Source: the human T2T-CHM13v2.0 reference genome, Homo sapiens. Taken from it: DNA of 64,000 nt. Location: NCBI RefSeq assembly GCF_009914755.1, contig NC_060927.1; one strand, given 5' to 3'. The notes below the pieces were generated by a model. The model had not been told where the DNA came from, did not search any database, and saw only the letters and a list, made by a program, of their open reading frames with translations. Made by a program: the position numbers and the translations under genes. Each line of letters begins with the position of its first letter. Position 1 is the first letter of the stretch. Below, one piece after another: positions 45,130-57,340 of this stretch.

Positions 45130-45692
45130 GACAGTCATTTTACAGTGAAGAAACCCAGAAGACAGCATTTTAGCTTAATAATCAAGGTAAAATTCACCAC
45201 TAAGAAGGCATATTAACATCGTGGATGAATTGAGAAGATGCGCTGAGAAAGACAAACATCACTGTCGTGATATTCTTGTCAAAAAGCCCTAACCTCATTC
45301 CGATAATGTGTAAACATAAAGTAAATGTAAATTGAGGGCCATTTTGCAAAATAACTGATTTAGTACTCATCAAAAGTGTCTTGAAAATCATGAGATGACA
45401 TGAAAGGAATATAGAATTGCTACAGTCTGGAGGAGACTAAAGAAAAATAACTGATAGCAATGTGGAATCCTGGTTAGGTTCTTGAAACCAAAAAAAAAAA
45501 AAAAAGAAAAGAAGAAAAGAAATAAAATGGTAAAACTGCATAATATTTGTGGTTTATTTAATAATGTTACACCAATGTTTGTTTTTCCTAATAGTTATAT
45601 TAAGGTTATATAAGATATTAACATTTGGGGAAACAGGGTGAAGGACTCCAATGGTTTGCAATTTTTCTAAAGAGTCTAAAATTAGCGCAAAT
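45130..45692 (+). mobile_element. L1MC3/4-like 3' UTR
   Basis: tttacagtgaagaaacc...aaattgagggccattttgcaaaataactg...ggaggagactaaaga...gcaatgtggaatcctg. Confidence 0.8.
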
Positions 45693-45771
45693 TAGTGAAG
45701 TGACTGTCTTTTCTATAGTGTTTAATATATCGAAGGGGAAACTCTGAGACTAAGCTCAAACAAAAAGTTAA

Positions 45772-45781
45772 ACACACACAT

Positions 45782-45813
<32 letters not shown>
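45772..45813. repeat. (CA)n microsatellite
   Basis: Directly visible. Confidence 0.95.
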
Positions 45814-45814
<1 letters not shown>

Positions 45815-46275
45815 AAAACAAAGCATAAAACTGTAGCAGCCTACAATAATAATCAAAAACAGAAAGAAGATTAGGAAGAAAAAGCAGCATAAGCAGAAAC
45901 AGAATTTTTGTAATTTTTTTGGTAAGACTAGAAAAAAGATTAGAAATCAAAGAGGGAAAGAGGTCAAAATCTCTTTTAGGGCCTGAAAAAGAGAATGTCA
46001 GGAAGAGGGAAGACACAGTTTTCTTAAAAGTACTTAAGTTTTTTGTTTAAGTACAATCATCAAACTTAAATCCAGGTTAAAAACACAGCCTTAGGCTACA
46101 TATTTTGTGTACTTCCCAAAATCCGCCTGAGAATAAAGTGTAATTAACCACATTTTGGGTTATGTGAAAACATCTCTCTGACAGCTCCTAAGAATTGGTT
46201 TTGGACAACCATTAATTTTTCTTTATATTGGAAATTTTGAGTAAGTGTTTGTGGAGTGGAGTCCACACATTTTTT

Positions 46276-46341
46276 TAAGTGAAAGCATGTTTATTAAGAA
46301 AGCAAAGGAATAAAAGAATGGCTACTCAATAGGCAGAGCAG
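46276..46341 (-). mobile_element. Short MER4-group (MER51-like) ERV1 LTR fragment
   Basis: aagtgaaagcatgtttattaagaaagcaaaggaataaaagaatggctactcaataggcagagcag. Confidence 0.55.
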
Positions 46342-46759
46342 TGTGTATATTGGTATTACTAACAAAAAAAAAGAAGTAGAGGGAAGGAGAATTTTAATTT
46401 ATACTCAGGTCTGTGATCAATTGTTCACTTTTCTGTGAATTGGTGATTGTACCCTGTGGGGCTATACTTCCCAGACTATAAGCAAGGCACTAAAATTTAC
46501 ATTCTCTTTCTATTGTGTTGTTTTCTGTAATTAGTTATGGTTGAACAAACGAACAAAAAATAAGAGAGACATTGCCTTTATAGCCTTAAAAGCAACATTC
46601 CTGCTGTTACAGGAAATAATCTGAGTGTTTGATCCAGGCTACAAAGAATAGAAATTAAAAAGATATTTTTCTCTCTTTCTTCAAGGAAGAGGGCATCTCT
46701 CTTGAAACAGACATCTTATCTGTCATATTTTAATCACTGATCCTTAGCAGAGTCCCATC

Positions 46760-48580
46760 AGCCTTATGGTTGATGAGAATCTTTGCAGATTTGAACACTT
46801 AGTTATCTCTGTCTGATTCACAGAACTTTTAAACATAATTGTTTGACTTTTTTGTATGTTTATTTATGAATGATTTTCTTATGAAATTTTGAGAGTTCAA
46901 CTAATGTACAAACTTAGATTCATTGTATTTCTTATGGATATCCACTTGCTTCTGCATTATTACAAAAAGATTCTTTCTGCCATTTAAATACCTTAGGATT
47001 GAAATCAATGAAAAAATACATATATGGTTTATTTTGTATGCTTCATTCTGTTATTCTCTCTAACTTTTCTTATTCTAGTACCTATGTACCCTGCTTAGTC
47101 TTGAAAAGGTGTAGTTGGAGGTCCTCAATGTTTTATTTGCTTTTTAAACATTTTATCCACTCAAGGTTTTTTGGATGTCCCTGTATGTATAGAATTAATT
47201 TGTTAATTACTATAACATAGCCTGTTGAGATTCTAATAGTGTTGTACTGAAACTATATATAAATTTATATCGGCACTCTTCACAATAGCAAAGACTTGGA
47301 ACCAACCCAAATGTCCAACAATGATAGACTTCATTAAGAAAATGTGGCACATAAACACCATGGAATACTATGCAGCCATAAAAAATGATGAGTTCATGTC
47401 CTTTGTAGGGACATGGATGAAGCTGGAAACCATCATTCTCAGCAAACGATTGCAAGGACAAAAAACCAAACACCGCATGTTCTCACTCATAGGTGGGAAC
47501 TGAACAATGAGAACACATGGACACAGGAAGGGGAACATCACACACCAGGGCCTGTTGTGGGGTGGGGGGAGGAGGGAGGGATAGCATTAGGAGATATACC
47601 TGATGTTAAATGACGAGTTAATGGGTGCAGCACACCAACATGGCCCAGGTATACGTACGTAACAAACCTGCACATTTTGCACATGTACCCTAAAACTTAA
47701 AGTATAATAAAAAAAAAGAAAGGATATTAAAATTTTAGTCTACATATCTATAAACGTACCATATCTCTTCATTTACTTGTCTTCCTAAAGAATTTTAATA
47801 TACAGCCTTAAAAATATTTTGTTATACCTAAGTATTTTATTTTAAGCTATTTAGAAGTATTACATTTTTAAACTTCAATTTTCTAAGTATTTTTTGCCAG
47901 TGTGTAGAAGTAGATTTTTTCATATGTTCTATTATTTAACATGGATAATTTTACTACTGCTTTTAGTAGTTTTATTGGCAAAATATTTAGGATTTTGTAT
48001 TTATATAATCCTGTTGTCTATTTTTTTAAAATTTACAATTTCTGTGACTTTTATTTATTCTTCTTGCCTAAATGAATTGAACTACCAGTATATTATTGAA
48101 TAGAAGTGAGACTGGAAATCTTTGTCTTATTCTGATCTCAGGAAGACATTTAGGTTTTCAATATTAAAGTATGAAGTTACCTCTAGATGTTTTTGTTGAT
48201 GTTCTTTTTTTGAGAAAGTTTCTTTCTACTCTACTTTTCTGAGCATTTTTATCACTAATGGATGTTGAATTTAGGCAAATGGTATTACTGCATCAAAAAA
48301 ATGAGTATAGATTTTTTTTAGATGAATGTTTTCCCCCCTTTTCCTTCTGCTTATGTAGTGAATTATACTTATATTCCTTCAGCCTTGCTGACATTTCTGG
48401 GCTATGTTCAAGTCAGTAAAAATGTATTTATTTTTATATATTGTTGGATTTTATTTGTTAATATTTCATTCAAGATTTTTAAGTCTATTCTCATGAGGAA
48501 TATTTTTCTGCATTTGTCTTTTATGATAACACCCTGCTCAGGTCTTCATGTCAAGATAATACATTATTTAATTTAAGCCT
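46760..48580 (-). mobile_element. Old L1 (L1ME/MD) ORF2 relic split by a young L1PA
   Basis: tcttgtcttattctgatctcagg-like and gaattttatcaaatg-like antisense ORF2 motifs; sequence continues across 47271-47717. Confidence 0.7.
47271..47717 (+). mobile_element. L1PA4/5-like 3' fragment
   Basis: ORF2 end (KHRMFSLIGGN), 3' UTR tgttaaatgacgagttaatgggtgcagcacaccaacatgg, A tail. Confidence 0.93.
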
Positions 48581-49803
48581 CACCTCGAGTATATTAAGCG
48601 ATTATTACTAATACATTTTGTGGATGAACTTTCAAAAAATGATAAAGTGTTTATTGAGCGCATTTAAAATACAGCAGATCATTATGATACTTTGTAAAAC
48701 TGCATATTCTTGGAAGTATGCATAAGACAGTGAAGTAAAGAGTCTTGCATAGGATAGCATGGCAACAGATCATCCTTAAAGGTTAAGGAAAAATGAAATA
48801 TGGGGAATTTAGTTAGAGAACTTGAAACATCGTATTGGATCCCAATTGAAATATTTTCAGAGAAAACATTGTTTCCCAAAGTGTAATATGTAAAAGGTAT
48901 ATTTCATATTTATTAATTGATCAGCATCTACCTGTCAAATGTTCATTCCTACAGATAAATTACACATATTAAATTTTTGAGTAGAGTTACATTGCAGAAT
49001 TTAAGTATTTTGCAATGAATGATTTTTAGCCAATTGTTACACAGAAAAAAATTACAATTTCTCCGAACTTAATATACCACAAATCAAACAATAACAGTAT
49101 ATTATTCTGTTTTCACACTGCTGATAAAGACACACCTGAGACTGGGTAATTTACAAAACAAACAAACAAAAAAAGGTTTAATGGACTTACAGTTCCACGT
49201 GGTTGGGGAGGCCACACAATCATGGTGGAAGGCAAAAGCCATGTCTCACAGGGTGGCAGACAAGAGAAGAGGGCTTGTGCAGGGAAACTCCTGTTTTTAA
49301 AACCATCAGATTTCATGAGACTTATTCACTGTCATGAGAGTAGCACAGGGAAGACCCACCCCCATGAGTCAATTACCTCCCATTGAGTCCCTCACACCAC
49401 ACTTGGGAATTCAAGATGAGATTAGGGTGGGAACACAGTCAAACCATATCATTCTGCTCCTGGCCCTTCCCAAATCTCATATCCTCATATTTCAAAACCA
49501 ATCATGTCTTCCCAACAGTCCCCCAAAGTCTTAACTCATTTCAGTGTTAACTCAAAAGTCTACGATCCAAAGTCTCATCCAAGGCAAGGCAAGTTCCTTC
49601 TGCCTATGAGTCTGTTAAATCAAAAGCAAGTTAGTTACTTACTAGATACAGTGGGGGTACAGGCATTTGGTAAAAACAACCATTACAAATGGGAGAAATT
49701 AGCCAAAACAAAAGGGCTGCAGGCCCCATGCAAGTCTGAAATCCAGTGGGACAGTAAAATCTTAAAGCTCCAAAATGATCTCCTTTGACTCCATATCTCA
49801 CAT

Positions 49804-50547
49804 TGTAGGAAGGGGAAAAATTTGCCACACTAACGCCATTTTAAAATATGCCTCCATCTATAAGAGGTAGGGGCACCTAGGTGAAAAGCAAAAAACACCT
49901 TGTGTAAGATTTGATTAAAAGCCCAGAAATTAACTCAAGTCCCGGAACATCCTGAATACTGCTTCTGGAACTATTGTTCAAGTCCCGGAGCATGTGTTCC
50001 AAAATGCTGCTCCTGGAACACTGCTTCTGGAACAATTGTTTCAATGTTGTTCGCTCGGAAAGGGCCCTCCTGAGCAAACAACCAAAGGTTCCCAAGGTAA
50101 CAATAGGACTTAATAAAAGGAGCTTACACAAAGTAGGATCAAAGGCTGCTGTTGTCATGTGCTGGGGGTCGCCCCAATTGTGATTTCAGGATACCCAGAA
50201 TCTGCTTTCCAACTCAATGATGACTCCTTCTGTGGTCTGGTGAGCTTTGGTTACATTTTGTCTTTTTTTGTCAGTTCTTCAAAAACCTACTTAAGGCTGC
50301 TTTTGCTATAATATTTGCTTACAACTCTGACTGCAGGATCCCAGGCATCTGCCTTCCGACTTTGTGATGACTCCTCCTGAAGTCTAATGAGCTTTTGGTT
50401 ACATTTTATTGAGCTTTGTTTACATTTTGTCTTCTCTTGTTATAAGGCTGTGTTTGTTGTAATCTCTGATTAAAGTAACAAAATTTTAGCTTTCCCCTGC
50501 CTCCCACTTGAGTCCTCTGCTTGTCCTTTTGACACAGTCTGGAAACA
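49804..50547 (+). mobile_element. Solo ERV LTR (family not recognised) nested in THE1-int
   Basis: TG...CA termini; TSD cacat/tacat; THE1-int tctcacat|ccag is rejoined when the segment is removed; attaaa poly(A) signal near 50469. Confidence 0.85.
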
Positions 50548-51706
50548 TACATCCAGATTGCACTGATGCAAGAAGTGGGCTTCCACAACTTTGGGCAGCT
50601 CCACTCCTGAGGCTTTGAAGGTTATAGCACCCCTCCTGGCTGTTTTCATGGGCTGGTGTTGAGTGCCTGGCTTTTCCAGGTACACAGGGCAAGCTATTGC
50701 TGGATCTATCACTCTGGGGTCTAAAAGATGGTGGCATTCTTCTCACAGCTCCACTAGGTGGTGCCCCAGTAGTGACTCTGTGTGGGGGCTCTGACCCGAC
50801 ATTTCCCTTTGGCACTGTCCTAGCAGAGGTTCTTCATGAGGGCCCCGCCCCTGTGCAAACTTCTGCCTGGGCATTCAGACATTTCCATACAACTTTTGAA
50901 ATCTAGATGGAGGATCCCAAACCCCAATACATGATTTCTGTGCCCCTGCAGGCTCAACATCACATAGACTCTGCAAAGGCATGGGGCTTGCACCCTCTGA
51001 GGCCAAGGCCTGAGCTCTATATTGGCCCCTTTCAGCCATGGTTGGAGCAGCTGGGATGCAGGGCACCAATTCCCTAGGCTGCACACAGCATGGGAACTCT
51101 AGGCTTGGCACATTAAACCATTTTTTCCTCCTAGGCCTTTGGGCCTGTGATGGGAGGAGCTGAAGTGAAAACCTCTGACATGCCCTGGGGACACTTTCCC
51201 TATTGTTTTGGGGATTAACATTTGGTTCTTTGTTACTTATGCAAATTTCTGCAGCTGGCTTGAATTTCTCCACAGAAAATAGGATTTTCTTTTCTATCAC
51301 ATTGTAAGGCTGCAAATTTTCCAAACTTTGTATGCTATGTTTCCCTTTTAAAACTGAATACCTTTACCAGCACCCAAATCATCTCTTGAATGCTCTGCTG
51401 CTTAGAAATTTCTTCTACCAGATACCCTAAATCATTTTTCTCAAGTTCAAAGTTCCATAGATCTCTAGAGCAGGGGCAAAATGCTGCCAGTCGCTGCTAA
51501 AACATAACAAGAATCATCCTTGCTCCAATTCCCAACAAGCTCCTCATGTCTATCTGGATTTCTGTCTGGATTTCATTGTCACCTCTGTCTGGATTTCATT
51601 GTCCATTCAACAAGTCTCTAGGGACTTACGAACTTTCCCATATTTTCCTGTCTCTTCAGAACCCTCCAAACTGTTCCAACCTCTGTCTGTTACCCAGTTC
51701 CTAAAT

Positions 51707-51874
51707 CACTTCCACATTTTTGGGTATCTTTCACTTAATTAACTAATTTCACCTAATTCAATTCCACATTTTTGGATATCTTTCCGTTAATTTCACCTAA
51801 TTCACTTCCACATTTTTGGATATCTTTCAGTTAATTTCACCTAATTCACGTCCACATTTTTGGGTGTCTTTCAG
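51707..51874. repeat. About 44-bp minisatellite, roughly 3.7 copies
   Basis: Unit cacttccacatttttggatatctttcagttaatttcacctaatt. Confidence 0.9.
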
Positions 51875-54016
51875 TAATGCCCCACTCTACTGGTACCAAT
51901 TTACTGTATTCGTCCATTTTTACACTTCCAATAAAGACATCCCTGAGACTGGGCAATTGACAAAAGAAAAAGGTTTAATGGACTTACACTTTCATGTGGC
52001 TGGGGAGGACTCACAGCCATGACAGAAGGTGAAAGTCATGTCTCACATGGTAGCTGACACGAGTGGTTCTGCAGGGAAACTCCCCTTTTTAGAACCATCA
52101 GATCTCATGAGACTTATTCACTATCACAAGAATACCATGAGAAAGACCCACCCCCACTGGGTCCCTGCCACAACATGTGGGAATTAAAGATGAGAATTGT
52201 GTGGAGACACAGCCATACCATATCAAACAGGTAAGAAAATTTGAGCTATATTTTAAAATTAATTGCAGAATATCAAGTTCACAAGTAGATAATATGAAAA
52301 TATGTCAAAAATCAACAATGAAGATGCATTTTTGACATTTTCCTACAACTTAGAAAGGCATCAGAGCATCCTTCTCAGTGTAAACCATTTTCTGCTACTA
52401 CATATTTGTCTGAAGATATTTCTTTAAGGGATTTTTATATTTAGCTCTTGTTTTTGTTAATTTTTAAAAATTGACCTCCAAAATTTGGCAAAGTGTTGTT
52501 AAAAATTTGGATAATAAAGCAAATAATAATAAACATAATTTCAATGTATAAAAGATGCAATGGCAAATAGTTTGTTAACAAAAAGTAATGTTTTAAGCAT
52601 TTTACATCCAAATATGAATGTTGCTTTTACATAGGTATTTTAATGTGTCTTGATATGGTTAGGAATATATATGATGGGAAAGTTCAGTAGTTGTGTACAC
52701 AAATATAATATTCCCACTGAAAACCATTGAATTATCAATTTTATTTAACTTTTCAATAAACCAGGTTTTTGTTTCATTTATCTTTGTACTTTTTCATTTC
52801 AATTTCATTTAGTTCCGTTTTGATCTTGGTTATTTCTGTTTTTCTGCTTGGTTTGGGTTTGTTCCTGTTTCTAGACTGATAGAGAGATAAAAATAGAAGA
52901 GAAAAGATAAAAATAAGCTCAATTAGAAATGAAATGGGGGTATATTACAACTGATACCACATAAATACAAAATATCATTCAGGAATACTATGAACACCTT
53001 TACTTTTATAAACTAGAAAACCTAGAGGAGATGAGTAAATTCCTGGAAATACGCAACCTTCTTGGATTAAACCAGCAAGACACAGAAATGCTGGAAAACC
53101 AATAACAAGCAGTGACATTGAAATGGTAATTAAAAAATTACCAACAAAAAAAAAGTCCAGGACCAAATGGATACGGAGATGACTTCTATCAGATATTCAA
53201 AGAAGAATTAGTACCGATCCTATTTACACTATTCCAAAATGTAGAGAAAGTGGCAATCCTTCCTAAATCGTTCTATAAAGCCAGTATCACTCTAATACCA
53301 AAAGCAGGAGAAAACAGAAGAAAAAAAGTAAACCACAGACCAATATCCCTGATTAACATAGATACAAATATCCTCAACAAAATACTAGCTAACTGAATAC
53401 AACAGGAAATCAAAAAGATAATTCACCTGTTTAGTGGGTTTTACACCAGAAATGTAGGGATATTTTAACATTCACAAGTCAATAAATGTGATATACCACA
53501 TAAACAGAATTAAAAACAAAAATTACATGATCATCTCAATAGACACAGAAAAAGCATTTAACAAAATCCAGTATTCTGTTATTATTAAAACACTCAGCAA
53601 AATTGCCTGAGAAGGTTCATACATTAAGGTAATAAAAGCCATCTATGACAAACCTATAGCCAACATTATACTGAATGAGGAAACGTTGAAAACATTACCT
53701 GTGAGAACTGGAATAAGACAAGAATGCATACTCTCACTACTTATATTCAACATAGTACTAGAAGTCCTAGCCAAAGCAATCAGACAAGAGAAAGAAATAA
53801 AGGACATCCAAATTGGTAAAAAGGAAATCTAACTGTCACTGTTTGCTGATGACCTGACTGTATAGTTAAGAAATTCTAAAAACTCATCCAAAAGCTTCTA
53901 GAGCTGGTAAATGAATTCAGTAAAGTTTCAGGATACAAAAATAATGTATAAAAATTGGTAGCCCTGCTCTACACCAACAGTGACTAAGATGAGAATCAAA
54001 TCAATAACTCAACCCC

Positions 54017-54446
54017 TGCTGCAGACCCTATTGGACTGAACAAAGGAGGACAAATGCAGGAATAAAGACAAAGACAAAAGAATATATTTGGAAGAATGAG
54101 TCAGGGGGCTTCTTGCTTCTGGTGAACAAGGGCCCTGAGCTTCTATTGCCCTTCATATTTATGGAGTAAAGGAGATAGGGAGAAGGGGGTGATTGTGGTC
54201 ACCTGCTTGACTCAGTGCAGGCCTGCATGACTGCATTCTTTGAACAGTAGTCTCCAGATGTTCCAGTAGATAACCTGAAGGAGCACAGCACCAGGGAGTG
54301 ATTGCCCTCAGCAAACTTCCTGGCGGCAGGTGCAGTTGCGAGTTTGCCCACATCCTGCATTCATGATAAACAGTTTGCTGTTTGATCATATAGCCTCCAG
54401 TGGAATACTGAGTTGGTCATGACCCACAGGCTTTCGGCTCTCTACA
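54017..54446 (-). mobile_element. LTR3 (LTR3B-like) solo LTR of HERV-K(HML-6)
   Basis: 430 bp; minus strand begins tgtagagagccgaaagcc...tgaccaactcagtattccactggaggctatatgatcaaacagcaaac; perfect 6-bp TSD aacccc at 54011-54016 and 54447-54452 (betaretrovirus-like). Confidence 0.9.
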
Positions 54447-55844
54447 AACCCCTTTTAAAATAGCTGCAAAAAATAAAATAAAGTACCTAGAAATACTCAT
54501 AACCAAAGAGGCGAAAGACCTCTACAAGGAAAACTAAAGAACAATGCTGAAGGAAATCATAGAAAACACAAACAGATAGAAAAATATCCCATTGTCATGG
54601 TTGGGTAGAATCAGTATTGTGAAAATGACCATACTGCCAAAAACAATCTGCAAATTCAATGCAATTCTTATAAAATACTACCACAATTCTTCACAAAACT
54701 AGAAAAAACAATTCTAAAATTCATATGGAACCAAAAGATAGCCCACATAGCCAAAGAAAGACTCAGTAAAATCAATAAATCTGGAGGCATCATATTACCT
54801 GACTTCAAACTATACTGTCAAGCCATAGTCACCCAAACAGCATGGTGCTGGTATAAAAACAGATATATAGACCAATGAAATAGGTGAAAGAACCCAGAAT
54901 TAAAGCCAAATACTTAAATCAACTGATCTTTGACAAAACAAACAAAAACATAAAGTGGGGAAAGGACATCCTATTCAACAAATGGAGCAGAGATTATTGG
55001 AAAGCCACATGCAGAAGAATGAAACTGGATCCTCATCTCTCACCTTATACAAAAATAAACTCAAGACATATCAAATGCTTAAATATAAGACCTGAAAACT
55101 TAAAACTTCTGGAAGATAACGTTGGAAAAATCCTTGGAGACATTGGTTTGGGCAAAGACTTCATGACCAAGGACCCGAAAGCAAATGCAACCAAAACAAA
55201 GATAAATAAATGGGATTTAATTAAACTAAAAAGCTCTGCACAGCAAAATAAATAATCAGCAGAGTAAACAGACAACCCATAGTATGGGAGAAAAATCTTC
55301 AAAATCTATACATCTAACAAAGAACTAATATCCAGAATCTACATGGAACTAAAACAAATCAGAAAGAAAAAAACAAATAATCCCATCAAAAAGTGGGCTG
55401 AGCACATGAATAGACAATTCCCAAAAGAACATATACAAATGGCCACCAAACATATGAAAAAATTCTCAACATCACTAATGATCAGGGAAATGCAAATTGA
55501 AACCACAATGCGATACCACCTTCATCCTGCAAGAATGGCCATAATTGAAAAATCAAAAAACAGTAGATGTTGGCATGAATGTGCTGAAACAGGAACACTT
55601 TTACACTGTTGATGGGAATGTAAAATAGTACAACCACTTGGTAAACAGTGTGAACATTCCTTAAAGAACTAAAAGTATAACTACTGTTTGATCCAGCAAT
55701 CCTACTCCTGGGAATCTACCTAGAGGAAGAGAAGTTATTATACAAAAAAGATACTTGTACTGTCATGTTTATTGTAGTCCAATTCTCAATTGCAAAACTA
55801 TGGAATCAGCCCAAATGCCCATCAATCAATGAGTGGATAAAAAA

Positions 55845-55850
55845 TATGGG

Positions 55851-55907
<57 letters not shown>

Positions 55908-56020
55908 GGGTTTGTGTATATATATATATGTATGGGGTGTGTGTGTATATATATATATCTATATATATCATATATATGATATATATATGATATATATAGA
56001 TATATATAGATATATATATG
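55845..56020. repeat. Compound (TG)n(TA)n microsatellite in L1PB 3' region
   Basis: About (TA)22 uninterrupted at 55858-55901, followed by repeated tatgggg(t/g)gtg(ta)n blocks and (GATATATATA)n. Confidence 0.95.
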
Positions 56021-56254
56021 GCATGAAATACTTCTCAGACATTGAAAGGATTGAAATAATGGCATTTGCAGCAACCTGGATGGAACTGGAGAGCATTATT
56101 TTAAGTGAAGTAATTTAGGAATGAAAAACCAAACATTGTACATCATATGTTCTCACTCATATGTGGGTGCTAAGCTATGACAACACAAAGGCATCAGAAC
56201 AATGCAATGGACTTTGGGGACTAAGGGGAAAGGATAGGAGGGTGATTAGAGATA

Positions 56255-57340
56255 GCACAGGAGAGAGGCTGAGAGGGGGCTGAGGGCAGCTTGGTGTGTG
56301 CCTGCAGGCACCCCTTGGCAAGAACAGCCTATGTGCCATGGATTACATGATTGATGGCAGCAGGAGGCAGAGTGGGGGGTCTGGGCAGAAATGAGCAGGT
56401 TCCCAGTGAAGCCCCACCTTCAAGCCAGGGATTGCCTGAAGTATGGGGGCTGGGCTGTCAGTTCCAGGTGGAGTCTGCATCCTGGAGTGAGAACTTATGG
56501 TTCTTTTTCCAGACCCGCCCATGGCCACCCATGAGCCAATCATCACCCACTCTCTCCCTTCTGGAACCCATAAAAACCCTGGACTCAGCCAGACTCACAA
56601 AGACGTTGGGATTACCAGCTGTGAAAGGGAACTATTCACTTCAGGTCTTCTTGACTTGTTGGAACAACCTGCCTGCTGAAAGGCGCTACCCACTTTGGGA
56701 ATCCTGAGAGCTGTTCTGTCACTCAATGAAGCGCCTCTCCTCCTTGCTAACCTTCCAGTTGTCCATGTACCTCATTCTTCCTGGACACAGGATAAGAACT
56801 CAGGACTCTCCAAATAGTGGGACTGAAAGAGCTATAACACGAACAGGTCTGAAACATGCCCCCTGCTTGCCATGTTGTGGGTAATAAGGAGAGAAGAGCT
56901 GTGACCTTTCGGGAATCCCAGACCTGGGGGCTCTCCAAGCCAAGTCTGTGACATCCTCTTTGGGTCTCTATGGTTCCTGGTGTCTCTAAGCTTCTGGGTG
57001 CCACCGCATTCCCTGTTGACTGGAGTGGAAGCCACTTGTGGTTCCACTGGTCCAGCTACAGCCTTGCACAGAGCTGGCACCTGTGCCATTACCTGGAGCT
57101 CCCTGCCCTGCCGCAGCCAGCGCAGTGGCTGGATGTGCACTCGCTCTCACACCTCTTGCCTTTCTGTGTCTGGATTATCTTTGGCAGGTATAGGATCCAG
57201 CTAGTAGTGCAAGCAGAGAGCAGCCTGCCCAGCTGAGTGGGTAGAATAAGCACAGCAGGCCTGAGCAAAACTCAAGCAAAGGCGCCACAAGCCACAGAGG
57301 TTTCTGCCTGGAAAAGCAACACCCGAAAGATCCTGCTACA
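56255..57340 (+). mobile_element. MER52 / LTR27-LTR28-group ERV1 LTR, apparently 5'-truncated
   Basis: gggggctgagggcagc...gcctgcaggcaccccttggca...gaagccccaccttcaagcc...CCAAT and cataaaaacc boxes...gagcaaaactc.agcaaaggcgccac...gatcctgctaca; GC-richest segment of the window. Confidence 0.85.

Larger units (their letters stand above)
49098..52225 (-). mobile_element. THE1A/B MaLR provirus: LTR 49098-49451, internal region, LTR 51905-52225
   Basis: Paired LTRs (gctgataaagaca...gcagggaaactcc...ccatatca); THE1-int ORF remnant (ENLQP..VIEKK..FS.EKFKPAAEICISN); perfect 5-bp TSD aacag at 49093-49097 and 52226-52230. Confidence 0.95.
52733..56254 (+). mobile_element. L1PB1-like L1 with 5' inversion (52733-52874 antisense), nested LTR3, and missing extreme 3' end
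   Basis: ORF2 fragments ([21 protein letters not shown]); L1PB 3' UTR gctaagctatga...aaaggcat...aatggactttgggga. Confidence 0.92.

Noticed and set aside
49877-51324. ORFs of 80-149 aa in THE1-int and the nested LTR
   Set aside because: Broken remnants of the MaLR internal ORF or chance frames
51707-51874. CRISPR-like repeat array
   Set aside because: Inter-repeat segments are near-identical rather than unique spacers, no cas genes, primate context; it is a tandem repeat
56343-57236. Cluster of overlapping GC-rich ORFs
   Set aside because: All lie within the MER52-group LTR; higher GC lengthens chance ORFs; CpG-depleted, so not a CpG island
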